A DNA stretch of 64,000 bases from an uncultured Geobacter sp. (GCA_964536305.1 CAZHVY010000013.1:3645-67644); one strand, 5' to 3'. Positions 9,721-18,684 are shown, counted from the first letter of the stretch. The notes: generated by a model not told the origin, from the sequence alone. Made by a program: numbers and translations.

Positions 9721-9926
9721 CCTAAAACCGGCAGTTGGAGGTATCCGTAGAGAGCGACTCTGTCGTATTCCGTTGCTGCTCTTAGCGAAATGGAGCGGCC
9801 ACAGCCGATACTGTCTGAGCCCGCAGGGCGAGTTTATCGGCTGTAGCGAGTTGAGCTTAGAGCAGCAGAAATAGGGCAATCGGAGCGAACGAAGGATACC
9901 TCCAACTGCCGAATCCAGGTTCATTG
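9721..9926. repeat. TIR-bounded structured repeat, long copy (family D), in the cheR-MCP gap
   Basis: Terminal inverted repeats ccggcagttggaggtatcc / ggatacctccaactgccg and an inner inverted pair tgctgctcttagc / gcttagagcagca. A second copy lies at 41816-41958. This copy carries an extra 61-nt internal segment. Confidence 0.8.
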
Positions 9927-9960
9927 AAAAATGGGCCGACCCCGGCGGGCGGCCGGATGT

Positions 9961-10821
9961 TCACAGTCTCCGGTATATCCTCTCCACGGGATACTCGGCG
10001 CGGAAAAGGTCCCGGACTCCCTGCGGAAGCGTCTCCGTCTTCCCCAGCGCAAGAAAGCCGCCGGAGCGCAGGGAGTCCGCGAAGCCGCGCAGGATGGCTT
10101 CCTGCCGGCGCCGTTCGAAATATATAAGGACGTTGCGGCAGATGATCAGGTCGCATTCTGGTGGACAGGCGCCGCCGGCCAGGTCGCCCTGGCGGAATTC
10201 CACCATTTCCCGAATTTCAGGGAGTATCTGGTAGCGTCCATCACGCGGGCGGAAATACCTTTTCATGAGCGCTTTGGGTGTGTCTTCAAGGCTTTCGGGG
10301 GGGTAGACCCCTTTTTCGGCGTCCCGCAGCGACTCCGAGTCGATATCCGTCGCGAGTATGGAGACCATGGTTCCGGACATCTCGGCCGCGAAGGCGTCAC
10401 GCAGGATAAGGGCGATGGTATAGGGCTCTTCTCCACGGGCGCACCCTGCGCTGCTGATTTGCAAACGTTCCCTTCCCTGGGCGGCCCGGAAGGAAAAGAG
10501 CTCCGGGAGCACATACCGGCGAATCTTCGCGAAGACATCGGGGTTGCGGAAGAACCTGCTTACATGGATGGTAAGGGTCTTAATCAGCCTGGCGGGCTCG
10601 GCCTTGTCCCACAGGAGCATCTCGGCGTACTCCCCGCCCGTCCTGGATCCCGAGGCCCTGACCCTGGCGGCGAGCCTGCGCCTTACGCAGGCGTCCTTGT
10701 AACAGGAGAGGTGGATGCCGGTGAGGGTTTGCAGGATAAGCCTGATCCTGTCAAATTCCGTTTCCGATATCTCGCGGGGATCGTTGTGTTTCAGTGTCTG
10801 CGCAACGTCGGCTGCTTCCAT
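9961..10821 (-). CDS. cheR: chemotaxis protein methyltransferase CheR
   Basis: CheR N-terminal helical region (ISETEFDRIRLILQTLTGI) and SAM-binding region (ISSAGCARGEEPYTIALIL, IICRNVLIYF). The ATG at 10821 is preferred. The track ORF start at 10860 is a TTG with no visible SD. Confidence 0.85.
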   Translation of the reverse strand: MEAADVAQTLKHNDPREISETEFDRIRLILQTLTGIHLSCYKDACVRRRLAARVRASGSRTGGEYAEMLLWDKAEPARLIKTLTIHVSRFFRNPDVFAKIRRYVLPELFSFRAAQGRERLQISSAGCARGEEPYTIALILRDAFAAEMSGTMVSILATDIDSESLRDAEKGVYPPESLEDTPKALMKRYFRPRDGRYQILPEIREMVEFRQGDLAGGACPPECDLIICRNVLIYFERRRQEAILRGFADSLRSGGFLALGKTETLPQGVRDLFRAEYPVERIYRRL

Positions 10822-10852
10822 GGCGTTGGTGTATCCCGCAAAAAGGGTCCGG

Positions 10853-11848
10853 TCAGGCAAAATGGTCGTAGCCGGACAGGGGCGGGGTAATGACCTCGCC
10901 GGCGGTGTCTATGATTACCAGTCCCGGTTCCGCGGTTATCTCGCCTATCTCCGTCACGGAGGTCCCCAACCTTTCCATCAACCCGCGGACGTCGTGGAAT
11001 TTTCCCGGAGGGATTGTAAACAGGAGCTCATAGTCTTCTCCTCCCGCCACCAGGCGCAGCACCGAATCCGGGGATGCGCCCGCCGTATGTTCCCGGAAAA
11101 AATCGGACAACGGAAGGTCGTAAAAGCGTATCCGCGCGCCGAGCGCCGACATGTCCAGGATGTGTCCCAGGTCGGAGGGAAGGCCGTCGCTGATGTCTAT
11201 CATGGCCGTGGCGAGTCCGGCCTCGGCCAGGGAGACCCCTTCACGGACGCGGGGTGTGGGATCCCGATGCCGTTCCACCGCGTAACCGGCCCTTATTCCC
11301 TTCTTCAGTTGCTCCAGTCCCAGGGCCGAGTCACCCAGGGAACCGGTGACGCATACCAGGTCGCCTTTGCGGGCGCCGTTACGGCGGACAATCCTCTCCG
11401 GAAACTGGTCTCCCATAAGTGTGATGGAAATGACCAGGCGGTCGGGGGATGAGCAGGTGTCACCTCCGATGAGGTTTACGCCGTACTCCGCCGCTTTCAG
11501 AAGCATGCCCCTGGTCAGTTCGTCCAGTGTGTCCACGGTCGTGACGGGCGGTATCGCCAGGGAGAGGAGAAAGTGGCGGGGCTCTCCCCCCATGGCGGCC
11601 AGATCGGAGAGATTGACGGAAAGGGACTTCTTCCCGAGGGAGAACGGGTCGCTGAAGGAGAGATCAAAGTGGACCCCTTCCACCAGCATATCGGTGGTGA
11701 TCAGGTTCACCCGCCGTTGGCTGGAGTATACGGCAGCGGCGTCGTCACCGATGCCGATGAGGATTCCCGGCCCTTCGGGCGCTCGGCCGGATATGCGGCT
11801 GATAAGGCCGAACTCACCGATATCCTTGAGTCCCCGCGTGGCTGTCAA
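10853..11848 (-). CDS. thiL: thiamine-monophosphate kinase ThiL
   Basis: AIR-synthase-like fold with a ThiL-type N-terminus GEFGLISRI...IGIGDDAA. The only in-frame start is a TTG overlapping the lon stop (TTGA). Confidence 0.8.
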   Translation of the reverse strand: MTATRGLKDIGEFGLISRISGRAPEGPGILIGIGDDAAAVYSSQRRVNLITTDMLVEGVHFDLSFSDPFSLGKKSLSVNLSDLAAMGGEPRHFLLSLAIPPVTTVDTLDELTRGMLLKAAEYGVNLIGGDTCSSPDRLVISITLMGDQFPERIVRRNGARKGDLVCVTGSLGDSALGLEQLKKGIRAGYAVERHRDPTPRVREGVSLAEAGLATAMIDISDGLPSDLGHILDMSALGARIRFYDLPLSDFFREHTAGASPDSVLRLVAGGEDYELLFTIPPGKFHDVRGLMERLGTSVTEIGEITAEPGLVIIDTAGEVITPPLSGYDHFA

Positions 11849-14280
11849 GAGACTGCCTTCCGCCGTGGAACGGCGCCGCGGGCCGGCGCCTTCGGTTTAC
11901 GCGCCGGGGTCTTTTCCGGAGCGGGAGCGGGAATGGGTCGTTTTTCCAAGGCGATTTCCAGGACCTCGTCGATGGTGGCGACACTGTTGATGCGTACCTT
12001 TTTCAGGATGTGGCCGGGGATCTCCTCCAGGTCCTTGGCGTTCTCTTCCGGAATCACGAGGTTTGTGATCCCGGCCCTTATGGCGGCCAGCATCTTCTCC
12101 TTGAGACCGCCGATGGGGAGGACTTTACCCCGCAGGGTAATCTCGCCGGTCATGGCGACATCGCGACGGACCGGGACCCGTGTCAGCGCCGAGACAAGGG
12201 CGGTTGTCATGGTGACGCCGGCGGAGGGGCCATCCTTTGGTATCGCCCCGGCAGGCACGTGGACGTGGATCTCAAGATTGGTGAAGAAGTCATCGGCCAG
12301 GTGGAATTCGGAGGCCTTGGAACGTATGAAGGAGAGAGCCGCCTGGGCCGATTCCTTCATAACCTCGCCCAGTTGCCCGGTCAGGGTCAGCCCGCCCTTG
12401 CCCTTCATCACCGTGGCCTCCACGAACAGAACCTCGCCTCCCACGGGTGTCCATGCAAGGCCGGTTGCTACTCCGACCTCGTTTTTCTCCATCTCCTTTT
12501 CCCGGATGAATCTGGGTGGACCCAGGTAAGCGGCCACCGTTGAGGAGCTGATGGAGAAGCTCCGCTTGTCCCCCTCGGCCACCTTTCGCGCCACCTTGCG
12601 GCACACTGCGCCGATCTCCCTTTCCAGGTTCCGGAGTCCGGCCTCGCGGGTGTATCTGGAGATGATGGTCTTTATGGATTCGTCGGAAAAAGAGATGAGC
12701 TTGTCCGAGATGCCGTTTTCCTTGATCTGGCGCGGGATAAGGTAGCGTTTGGCGATCTGGAGCTTTTCCTCTTCCGTATAGCCGGAAAGGGTGATCACCT
12801 CCATCCTGTCGCGCAGGGCGCTGGGCACCGGGTCGATCTGGTTGGCCGTGGCGATGAACATCACGTTGGACAGGTTAAAGGGGAGATTTATATAGTGATC
12901 CGAAAAGGTATGGTTCTGTTCCGGGTCCAGGATCTCCAGCAGGGCCGATGACGGGTCGCCGCGGAAATCGGAACCCAGCTTGTCCACCTCGTCCAGCATG
13001 AACACCGGATTGTTGGAGCCCGCCTGTTTCAGCCCCTGGATGATGCGCCCCGGCAGGGCGCCTACATAGGTGCGGCGATGTCCCCGCATCTCCGCCTCGT
13101 CGCGCACCCCTCCCAGGGAGATGCGCAGAAACTTGCGTCCCATGGCGCGGGCGATGGACTTGCCCAGGGACGTCTTCCCCACTCCCGGTGGGCCGACGAA
13201 GCAGAGGATCGGTCCCTTCATCTTCTTCTTCAGCTTGCGCACCGCCAGGAATTCCAGGATGCGGTCCTTGATCTTTTCCAGGTAGTAGTGGTCCTCGTCC
13301 AGGATCTCTTTGGCCCTTTTGATGTCCAGGGCGTCTCTGGTGGCTTTGCTCCAGGGAAGCTCAACCATCCAGTCCAGGTAGGTGCGGAGCATGTTGGCCT
13401 CGGCGGCGTCCGGGTGCATCTGCTCCAGGCGGCCCAGTTGCTTCAGGGCCTCCTTTTCAACCGTGGCCGGCATCTTCGCCTCCTCGATGGATTTTCTGAG
13501 CTCCGCCATCTCCTCGGAACGCGCATCCGTCTCCCCCAGTTCCTGCTGAATGGCGCGCAACTGCTCGCGCAGGAAGTACTCCCGCTGGGTGCGGCCCATC
13601 TCCTCCTTGGCGGCGGACTGGATGCGCGCCTGCATGGAGAGCAGTTCAATCTCCTTGTTAAGATAGTCGTTCACCTTTTTCAGGCGCTCGATGGGGTCGA
13701 CGATTTCCAGCAGGCTCTGGGCCTCTTCCACCTTCAGCCCGATATTGCTGGCGATGAGATCCGCCAGGCTGCCGGCATCCTGCATGTTTTCCAGGATGAC
13801 CAGTACCTCCGAGGAAATATTCTTTCCCAGTGACGTGATCTTGGTGATCTGTTCCTTGATGGTGCGCAGGAAGGCCTCGGTTTCAATGGACGGTTCGGCC
13901 GCCGCGGGTTCTGTGATCCGTTCGACGCGCACCGAGAAAAACGGGCTAGTTCCGACGAAATCCGTAATTCTGGCCTTGGCCAGCCCCTGGACGAGGATCT
14001 TCACCCTGCCGTCGGGGAGCTTCAGCATGCGCATGATCATGGCCACCGTGCCCACCGTATATATGTCTTCCCTGGAGGGTTCTTCGTCGGATACATCCTT
14101 CTGGGTCGCGAGAAAAATCAGCCTGTCCCTCGACAGCGCCCAATCCACCGCGCTGATGGATATCTCTCTTCCTACGAAGAGAGGGATGATCATGTAGGGG
14201 TACACCACCACGTCGCGCACAGGAAGCAGGGGGAGTGTCTCGGGTATCTTCAGTTCTTCCTTTTCCAGGTTGGTTTCCAT
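11845..14280 (-). CDS. lon: ATP-dependent Lon protease
   Basis: 811 aa; LON N-domain; Walker [10 protein letters not shown]; catalytic [11 protein letters not shown]. Confidence 0.97.
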   Translation of the reverse strand: METNLEKEELKIPETLPLLPVRDVVVYPYMIIPLFVGREISISAVDWALSRDRLIFLATQKDVSDEEPSREDIYTVGTVAMIMRMLKLPDGRVKILVQGLAKARITDFVGTSPFFSVRVERITEPAAAEPSIETEAFLRTIKEQITKITSLGKNISSEVLVILENMQDAGSLADLIASNIGLKVEEAQSLLEIVDPIERLKKVNDYLNKEIELLSMQARIQSAAKEEMGRTQREYFLREQLRAIQQELGETDARSEEMAELRKSIEEAKMPATVEKEALKQLGRLEQMHPDAAEANMLRTYLDWMVELPWSKATRDALDIKRAKEILDEDHYYLEKIKDRILEFLAVRKLKKKMKGPILCFVGPPGVGKTSLGKSIARAMGRKFLRISLGGVRDEAEMRGHRRTYVGALPGRIIQGLKQAGSNNPVFMLDEVDKLGSDFRGDPSSALLEILDPEQNHTFSDHYINLPFNLSNVMFIATANQIDPVPSALRDRMEVITLSGYTEEEKLQIAKRYLIPRQIKENGISDKLISFSDESIKTIISRYTREAGLRNLEREIGAVCRKVARKVAEGDKRSFSISSSTVAAYLGPPRFIREKEMEKNEVGVATGLAWTPVGGEVLFVEATVMKGKGGLTLTGQLGEVMKESAQAALSFIRSKASEFHLADDFFTNLEIHVHVPAGAIPKDGPSAGVTMTTALVSALTRVPVRRDVAMTGEITLRGKVLPIGGLKEKMLAAIRAGITNLVIPEENAKDLEEIPGHILKKVRINSVATIDEVLEIALEKRPIPAPAPEKTPARKPKAPARGAVPRRKAVS

Positions 14281-14629
14281 GTGCAGTCTCCTTATTATGC
14301 AATCGGTCCGTCCGGTAGTTCCCGCTGACGCGGAGAGCTTTCTTTCCAGGTACTCATCGCGGCGCGGTTAGTCAAGTTTACAACACTTCCGGATCATTCC
14401 AAACGGCCGGATTATCTTTCAGTTCCGCCGGTAATGTAAGATATAGGGCGGCGGCCGTCAACCAAATAACCTGGTCCCATAAGGCGGATGCAGCGCGCAT
14501 GCGAGGTGAATCGTGTCTGGGGAGGGTGCTTTTGTGCCGGCAAGAAGGGCTTTGGTCTCCGATGGAAGGTCCATTGGCCGACGGCGCGCCCCGGAAAATA
14601 CGCCGGCATGAGCACTCGCCGATAATTAT

Positions 14630-14658
14630 TTGAACTTTTCCGGGCTGGTGTGTATAAT
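14630..14658 (+). promoter_or_regulatory. sigma-70-type promoter for the TPR gene
   Basis: -35 TTGAAC (14630-14635), 17-nt spacer, extended -10 TGTATAAT (TATAAT at 14653-14658), 34 nt upstream of the ATG. Confidence 0.5.
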
Positions 14659-14691
14659 CCGGTCCCTGCTGAATATAAATAATATGCGAGG

Positions 14692-16713
14692 ATGGCGATG
14701 AAAAAGACTTCGATACTGGCGGTTGCGCTCCTTGCTTCCCTGAGCTTCGGTTTTGACTGGACCTTCGGCCTGTCCGGCAAATGCACCCAGGCGCGAAAGA
14801 TCATCGATACTGTCGGTGAAAAAAAGAGTGACGAAGAAAGGGAGCAAGCGGAGAAAAAGGCGCTGGAGCTCTGTTCCGACGGGGCGGCCGGCCTGTATGT
14901 CAAGGGATTGCGGCATGAGCGCGCCGGCAGGCTGGACGATGCCATGCAGGAGTACCGGGCATGCCTGAAGGAAGACCCCTCTTTCACGCGCGCCAGAGGC
15001 AATCTGGGCAATATCTATTATCAGAAGGGGATGTACGACGAAGCGGCCTTGGAGATGACAAAGGCGCTCTCGGACAAAGAAGACCCCCGCTACCACAAGG
15101 GTCTTGCCCGCATCTACGCCGAAAAGAAGATGTATCCCCTTGCCGTGTACCATTACGGTGAGGCCTTGAAAGGGCTTCCTGACGACGCATCCCTCCACAC
15201 GGGCCTGGCCGATATCTATCGCGGGCAGGGGATGCAGGACAAGGCCGGAGAGGAATATTTCAAGGCTCTGTCCATCAACAGCGCCGACACGGATGCGCGC
15301 CTGGGCATGGCGGCCCTTTACCTGGATACCAACGAGGCGGACAAGGCCCTTTCCGAGCTGAAACGTCTCCAGGCCGTGAACCCCAGGAACAAGAGGATCC
15401 ATCTCCTTCTGGCCGAGGCTTATGAAAGAAAGGGCGACCTCAGGTCCGCGGAGTACGAATACCTTCTCGCCGGCAAGAACCGCTCCGTGGAGCTCATGGA
15501 GCAGATGCGCAAGGGCAACGCCTACCTTCAGTCCGGCGATTACGGCAAGGCCATAGCCGAGCTGGAGACGGCCCTCAAGGAAAAGCCGGGAGACCTGGAG
15601 ACCCTGAAGAAGCTGGGCGACGCCTACATGGCCGCCGGACGGGACGATGAAGCCATCAGTTCTTACAAGGAGGCGGTCTTCCTGAAAGGGGGCGCCGCTG
15701 GCGTTCACCGCAATCTGGGAATACTGTACGAGAAAAAAGGTCTTCTGGATGAGGCCGTCGTGGAATACAGGGAGGCCCTGCGCGATGAACCGGAAAGCGC
15801 CGAGACCCGCCAGTTGCTGGCCGACATCTACATGCTTCGTGGCAGCGTTCCCCAGGCCATCGAGCAATACCGGGAGGTCCTGCGGGAAAAAAAGGGGTCT
15901 CCCCGTCTCCATTACCGTTATGCCAGAGCGCTGGCCCTTAACAAAAACTTCAAGGAGGCCATGGGAGAGTACCTCACGGCCGTGCGCCTCGACCCGGACA
16001 ACGCCGACGCGCGCCGGGATCTGGCCAACCTCTACCGCAGGAACGGGCTTGATGAAGAAGCCGAAAGACATTACAAGGAAGCGCTCCGTGTAAGGAAAAA
16101 CGACGCGGATTCCAGGAACAACTTGCTGGCCATATATGTGAAGAAAAAGGATTTCACGGAAGCCATCGCGCTTCTCAGGGAGAATACGGAGCTTGCCCCC
16201 GAAGACCCGTCCAACTTCTACAAGCTGGGCATCCTCTATGAATACAACAAGGACTACGACACCGCCGTTACCGCCTTCAAAAAGGCGCTGGACCTGAAGT
16301 CGGACCACGCCAAGGCCTTGAACGCCCTGGGACGCGTCTATATGAAGACCGGCCGCGCCGACGAGGCGAAACAGGTTCTGGAGGCGGCGAAAAAGGCTGA
16401 TCCGCGCATGGAAGAAACCACCGTGCTCCTCGGCAACGTCCGTGACGAGGTGGCGCCGGAACCGGTCGTCTACCGGAAGAGGTCGTACCGTTCCAGCGCG
16501 AAAAAGCGGAGCGAGCGCGTTAAGGTATCGAAGAAGGGGAAAAAGTCCCGCCGGGTCTCAGTTGATGGGGACGAGGGCGTTTCCAAGGGGAAAAAGGGAA
16601 AGAAATCTGCCGCTGCTTCGAAAGGGAAAAAGGGGAAATCCTCAGCCAAGGCGGAAAAGTCTTCAAAGGGAGGAACAGGGAAGAAGTCTTCCAAGGGGAA
16701 GAAAAAGAAATGA
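14692..16713 (+). CDS. secreted multi-TPR protein with extremely Lys-rich C-terminal tail
   Basis: Signal peptide MAMKKTSILAVALLASLSFG; more than 12 TPR-like repeats (recurring A..Y..AL...P...A pattern); last ~80 aa are KKGKKS-type repeats. Confidence 0.8.
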   Translation: MAMKKTSILAVALLASLSFGFDWTFGLSGKCTQARKIIDTVGEKKSDEEREQAEKKALELCSDGAAGLYVKGLRHERAGRLDDAMQEYRACLKEDPSFTRARGNLGNIYYQKGMYDEAALEMTKALSDKEDPRYHKGLARIYAEKKMYPLAVYHYGEALKGLPDDASLHTGLADIYRGQGMQDKAGEEYFKALSINSADTDARLGMAALYLDTNEADKALSELKRLQAVNPRNKRIHLLLAEAYERKGDLRSAEYEYLLAGKNRSVELMEQMRKGNAYLQSGDYGKAIAELETALKEKPGDLETLKKLGDAYMAAGRDDEAISSYKEAVFLKGGAAGVHRNLGILYEKKGLLDEAVVEYREALRDEPESAETRQLLADIYMLRGSVPQAIEQYREVLREKKGSPRLHYRYARALALNKNFKEAMGEYLTAVRLDPDNADARRDLANLYRRNGLDEEAERHYKEALRVRKNDADSRNNLLAIYVKKKDFTEAIALLRENTELAPEDPSNFYKLGILYEYNKDYDTAVTAFKKALDLKSDHAKALNALGRVYMKTGRADEAKQVLEAAKKADPRMEETTVLLGNVRDEVAPEPVVYRKRSYRSSAKKRSERVKVSKKGKKSRRVSVDGDEGVSKGKKGKKSAAASKGKKGKSSAKAEKSSKGGTGKKSSKGKKKK

Positions 16714-16715
16714 AA

Positions 16716-16943
16716 TTGTAACTATTCAGAATAGTTACATAGTGGACCTTAACTTGCCGTCCCACCCTTTCCCCTCACCCGACCTTCGGCCACCCTCTCC
16801 CACAGGGAGAGGGTTAGTGTTTTCCCTCGCCCTCCGGGAGAGGGGCAGGGGTGAGGGGGAAAGCGCCGACTTGACTAAAATTATGAATCAGGCGATTCTG
16901 TGTTGGCTTTTATCCGCGGTTAATGGCGCAACTGAATAGTTGC
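16716..16943. repeat. composite repeat: GTAACTATTCA palindromes flanking a family-B G/C palindromic unit
   Basis: gtaactattcagaatagttac (16716-16736) and gcaactgaatagttgc (16928-16943) bracket cccctcacccgaccttcggccaccctctcccacagggagagggt...gggagaggggcaggggtgaggggg (16768-16864). Related copies lie at 30092-30476 and 31107-31192. Confidence 0.75.
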
Positions 16944-16974
16944 TAGAGGTCAAGCTCTGTCCACACTGATCCAT

Positions 16975-17012
16975 ACACAGAAAGGCCGGGTTTTCACCCG
17001 GCCTTTCTGTGT
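16975..17012. terminator. perfect 16-bp stem hairpin between the convergent TPR gene and rlpA
   Basis: acacagaaaggccggg-ttttca-cccggcctttctgtgt. There is no long T-run on either side, so terminator function is inferred from position. Confidence 0.5.
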
Positions 17013-17035
17013 TGCGTTCGCCCAATATTTTTCTC

Positions 17036-17491
17036 CTAGGATTCCCCGTCCAGGGTCTGCATGCTAACTCTAGCGGTTCCTTTTCCGAGAAAACCCAGTT
17101 CCTTTGCCGCTGCATGCGAAAGATCGATAGTCGGATATCTTCTCTTCCGGCAGCGGTCGTTTACGGTGACAATCACCTCGTTGCTGTTGCCCAGGTGGAC
17201 AACCTTCACTTTCGTTCCCATGGGGAGAGTGGGGTGGGCCGCGGTCATCTTCCGCGGGCTGTACCTGCTTCCCGACGCGGTACGTTTTCCTGCATACTTC
17301 ATGGAATAATATGTAGCAATTCCCTCCTTGCCTCCGGACTTCTCCGGTAAAGAAAGGTCTTGCCCGTTGTGCTCGTTCTTCTGATCAGACAATATGTTTT
17401 CTGCTTGCAAGGGAAGTGTCTGGATCTGAAGGAGCAGGGCCTGGCAGACGACTATAAACGCCAGCTTGCCCCTTCGGGTCAGCAATGCCAT
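17036..17491 (-). CDS. rlpA: RlpA-like septal lytic transglycosylase (DPBB domain)
   Basis: GIATYYSMKYAGKRTASGSRY...AAHPTLPMGTKVKVVHLGNSNEVIVTVNDR. The ATG at 17491 is preceded by AAGGAGG. Confidence 0.8.
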   Translation of the reverse strand: MALLTRRGKLAFIVVCQALLLQIQTLPLQAENILSDQKNEHNGQDLSLPEKSGGKEGIATYYSMKYAGKRTASGSRYSPRKMTAAHPTLPMGTKVKVVHLGNSNEVIVTVNDRCRKRRYPTIDLSHAAAKELGFLGKGTARVSMQTLDGES

Positions 17492-17518
17492 CGGCACCTC
17501 CTTTTTGGGCGAGTTATC

Positions 17519-17547
17519 CGTATACTACAGGACTGGGGCGCTGTCAA
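17519..17547 (-). promoter_or_regulatory. sigma-70-type promoter for rlpA
   Basis: On the minus strand: TTGACA (17547-17542), 17-nt spacer, TATACG (17524-17519). Confidence 0.4.
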
Positions 17548-17648
17548 GTTTTACGTCGGGTTGATATTTGTAACTTATTGTTTTTAATGACAAATATGAG
17601 GAGTGCGGAGAGCTGGCGGCTTCGGGCGTTCATGGGTAAGCGAGGCTG

Positions 17649-17830
17649 CGCCCCTCTCCCGGACTTTGGCCACCCTTGTTTCCAGGCTCTCTATCCCCAA
17701 GTCACTAGAGCCTTGACACTCTTAAGATTTTGAGGCTAACCCCTCCAGACCTCCCCTTGTCAGGGGAGGCCTAAAGGATTTTCCCCCCTGATAAGGGGGG
17801 GCAGGGGGGGTAAACATTACAATGTACTAG
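17649..17830. repeat. repeat cluster: partial family-B unit plus family-A unit (copy A1 at 17737-17830)
   Basis: A1 reads taacccctccagacctccccttgtcaggggaggcctaaaggattttcccccctgataagggggggcagggggggtaaacattac, i.e. two nested hairpins. Near-identical units lie at 31013-31100 and 54918-55002. Confidence 0.8.
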
Positions 17831-17841
17831 CGAAATCGTCT

Positions 17842-18684
17842 TTATCGACCGGAAGGTAAAAATATCTCCCCACGTCCATGGGGTAGCACACCCAGCTTTG
17901 CTCCCATGTCGAGGAGCGTCTTCGCCGCCTTTTCTCCCACTCTACCCGGGTCCAGGGAGAATTCGTTTACATAGAGCCTGATGTGGGCCGCCCTCGCCGT
18001 TGTGTCCAGCTCTCGCGCGTGAAGCGCCACGTAATTATCGGTCTCCGCAGGACCTCGCAGCGCATACTCCGCGCTGGCGCGGATGATGTCGTTCACCTTG
18101 GAGAGCATGGCCGGTCCCAGGGAGCGGCGCGCGGCGATGCCGCCCAGGGGGATGGGAAGGCCGGTAAGCTCCTCCCACCACTCTCCCAGGTCCACGACCT
18201 TGTGAAGTCCCAGGGCCTGGAAGGTGAAGCGGGATTCGTGGATGATAAGCCCGGCGTCAACCGTCCCCTGGGCGACCGCCTCGATAATCCCGTGAAAGGG
18301 GAGGGCGCCTATGCCCCTGATCTCCGGGTCGAAGAGTCTTAGCAGGAGCAGGGCGGTGGTGTGGAGGCCGGGGACGGCGATCTGCGCCCCGCGCAGGGAC
18401 ATCGGCGTCAGCCTGTCCCTTGCCACCACCAGGGGACCGCACCCCTTTCCCATGGCGCCGCCGGCCCGGAGCATCACGTAGCGTTCCCGGATGTGGGCAT
18501 AGGCGTGCCAGGAAACCTTGCACACATCCAGGGTGTCTTCCATGGCTAGCCGGTTGAGGGTCTCCACGTCTTCTATGCGCAGCCGGAAGTCCGTGGAAGA
18601 GTTGTCCAGCAGTTTATTGGCGAGGGCATGAAAGATGAATGTATCGTTCGGGCACGGGGAGAATCCCAGGGTAAGGCTTTTCAT
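17842..18684 (-). CDS. mqnD: 1,4-dihydroxy-6-naphthoate synthase MqnD (futalosine pathway)
   Basis: N-terminus MKSLTLGFSPCPNDTFIFHAL is typical of MqnD. The ATG at 18684 overlaps the mqnB stop (ATGA). The Arg/Gly-rich N-terminal extension of the track ORF lies inside mqnB. Confidence 0.8.
   Translation of the reverse strand: MKSLTLGFSPCPNDTFIFHALANKLLDNSSTDFRLRIEDVETLNRLAMEDTLDVCKVSWHAYAHIRERYVMLRAGGAMGKGCGPLVVARDRLTPMSLRGAQIAVPGLHTTALLLLRLFDPEIRGIGALPFHGIIEAVAQGTVDAGLIIHESRFTFQALGLHKVVDLGEWWEELTGLPIPLGGIAARRSLGPAMLSKVNDIIRASAEYALRGPAETDNYVALHARELDTTARAAHIRLYVNEFSLDPGRVGEKAAKTLLDMGAKLGVLPHGRGEIFLPSGR

Noticed and set aside
9931-10890. 319-aa + strand ORF
   Set aside because: It is antisense to cheR and has no motifs.
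14626-16308. 560-aa minus-strand ORF
   Set aside because: It is entirely antisense to the TPR gene. It has a Gly/Val/Leu/Arg-rich shadow composition typical of GC-rich antisense frames, and no SD or recognisable domain.
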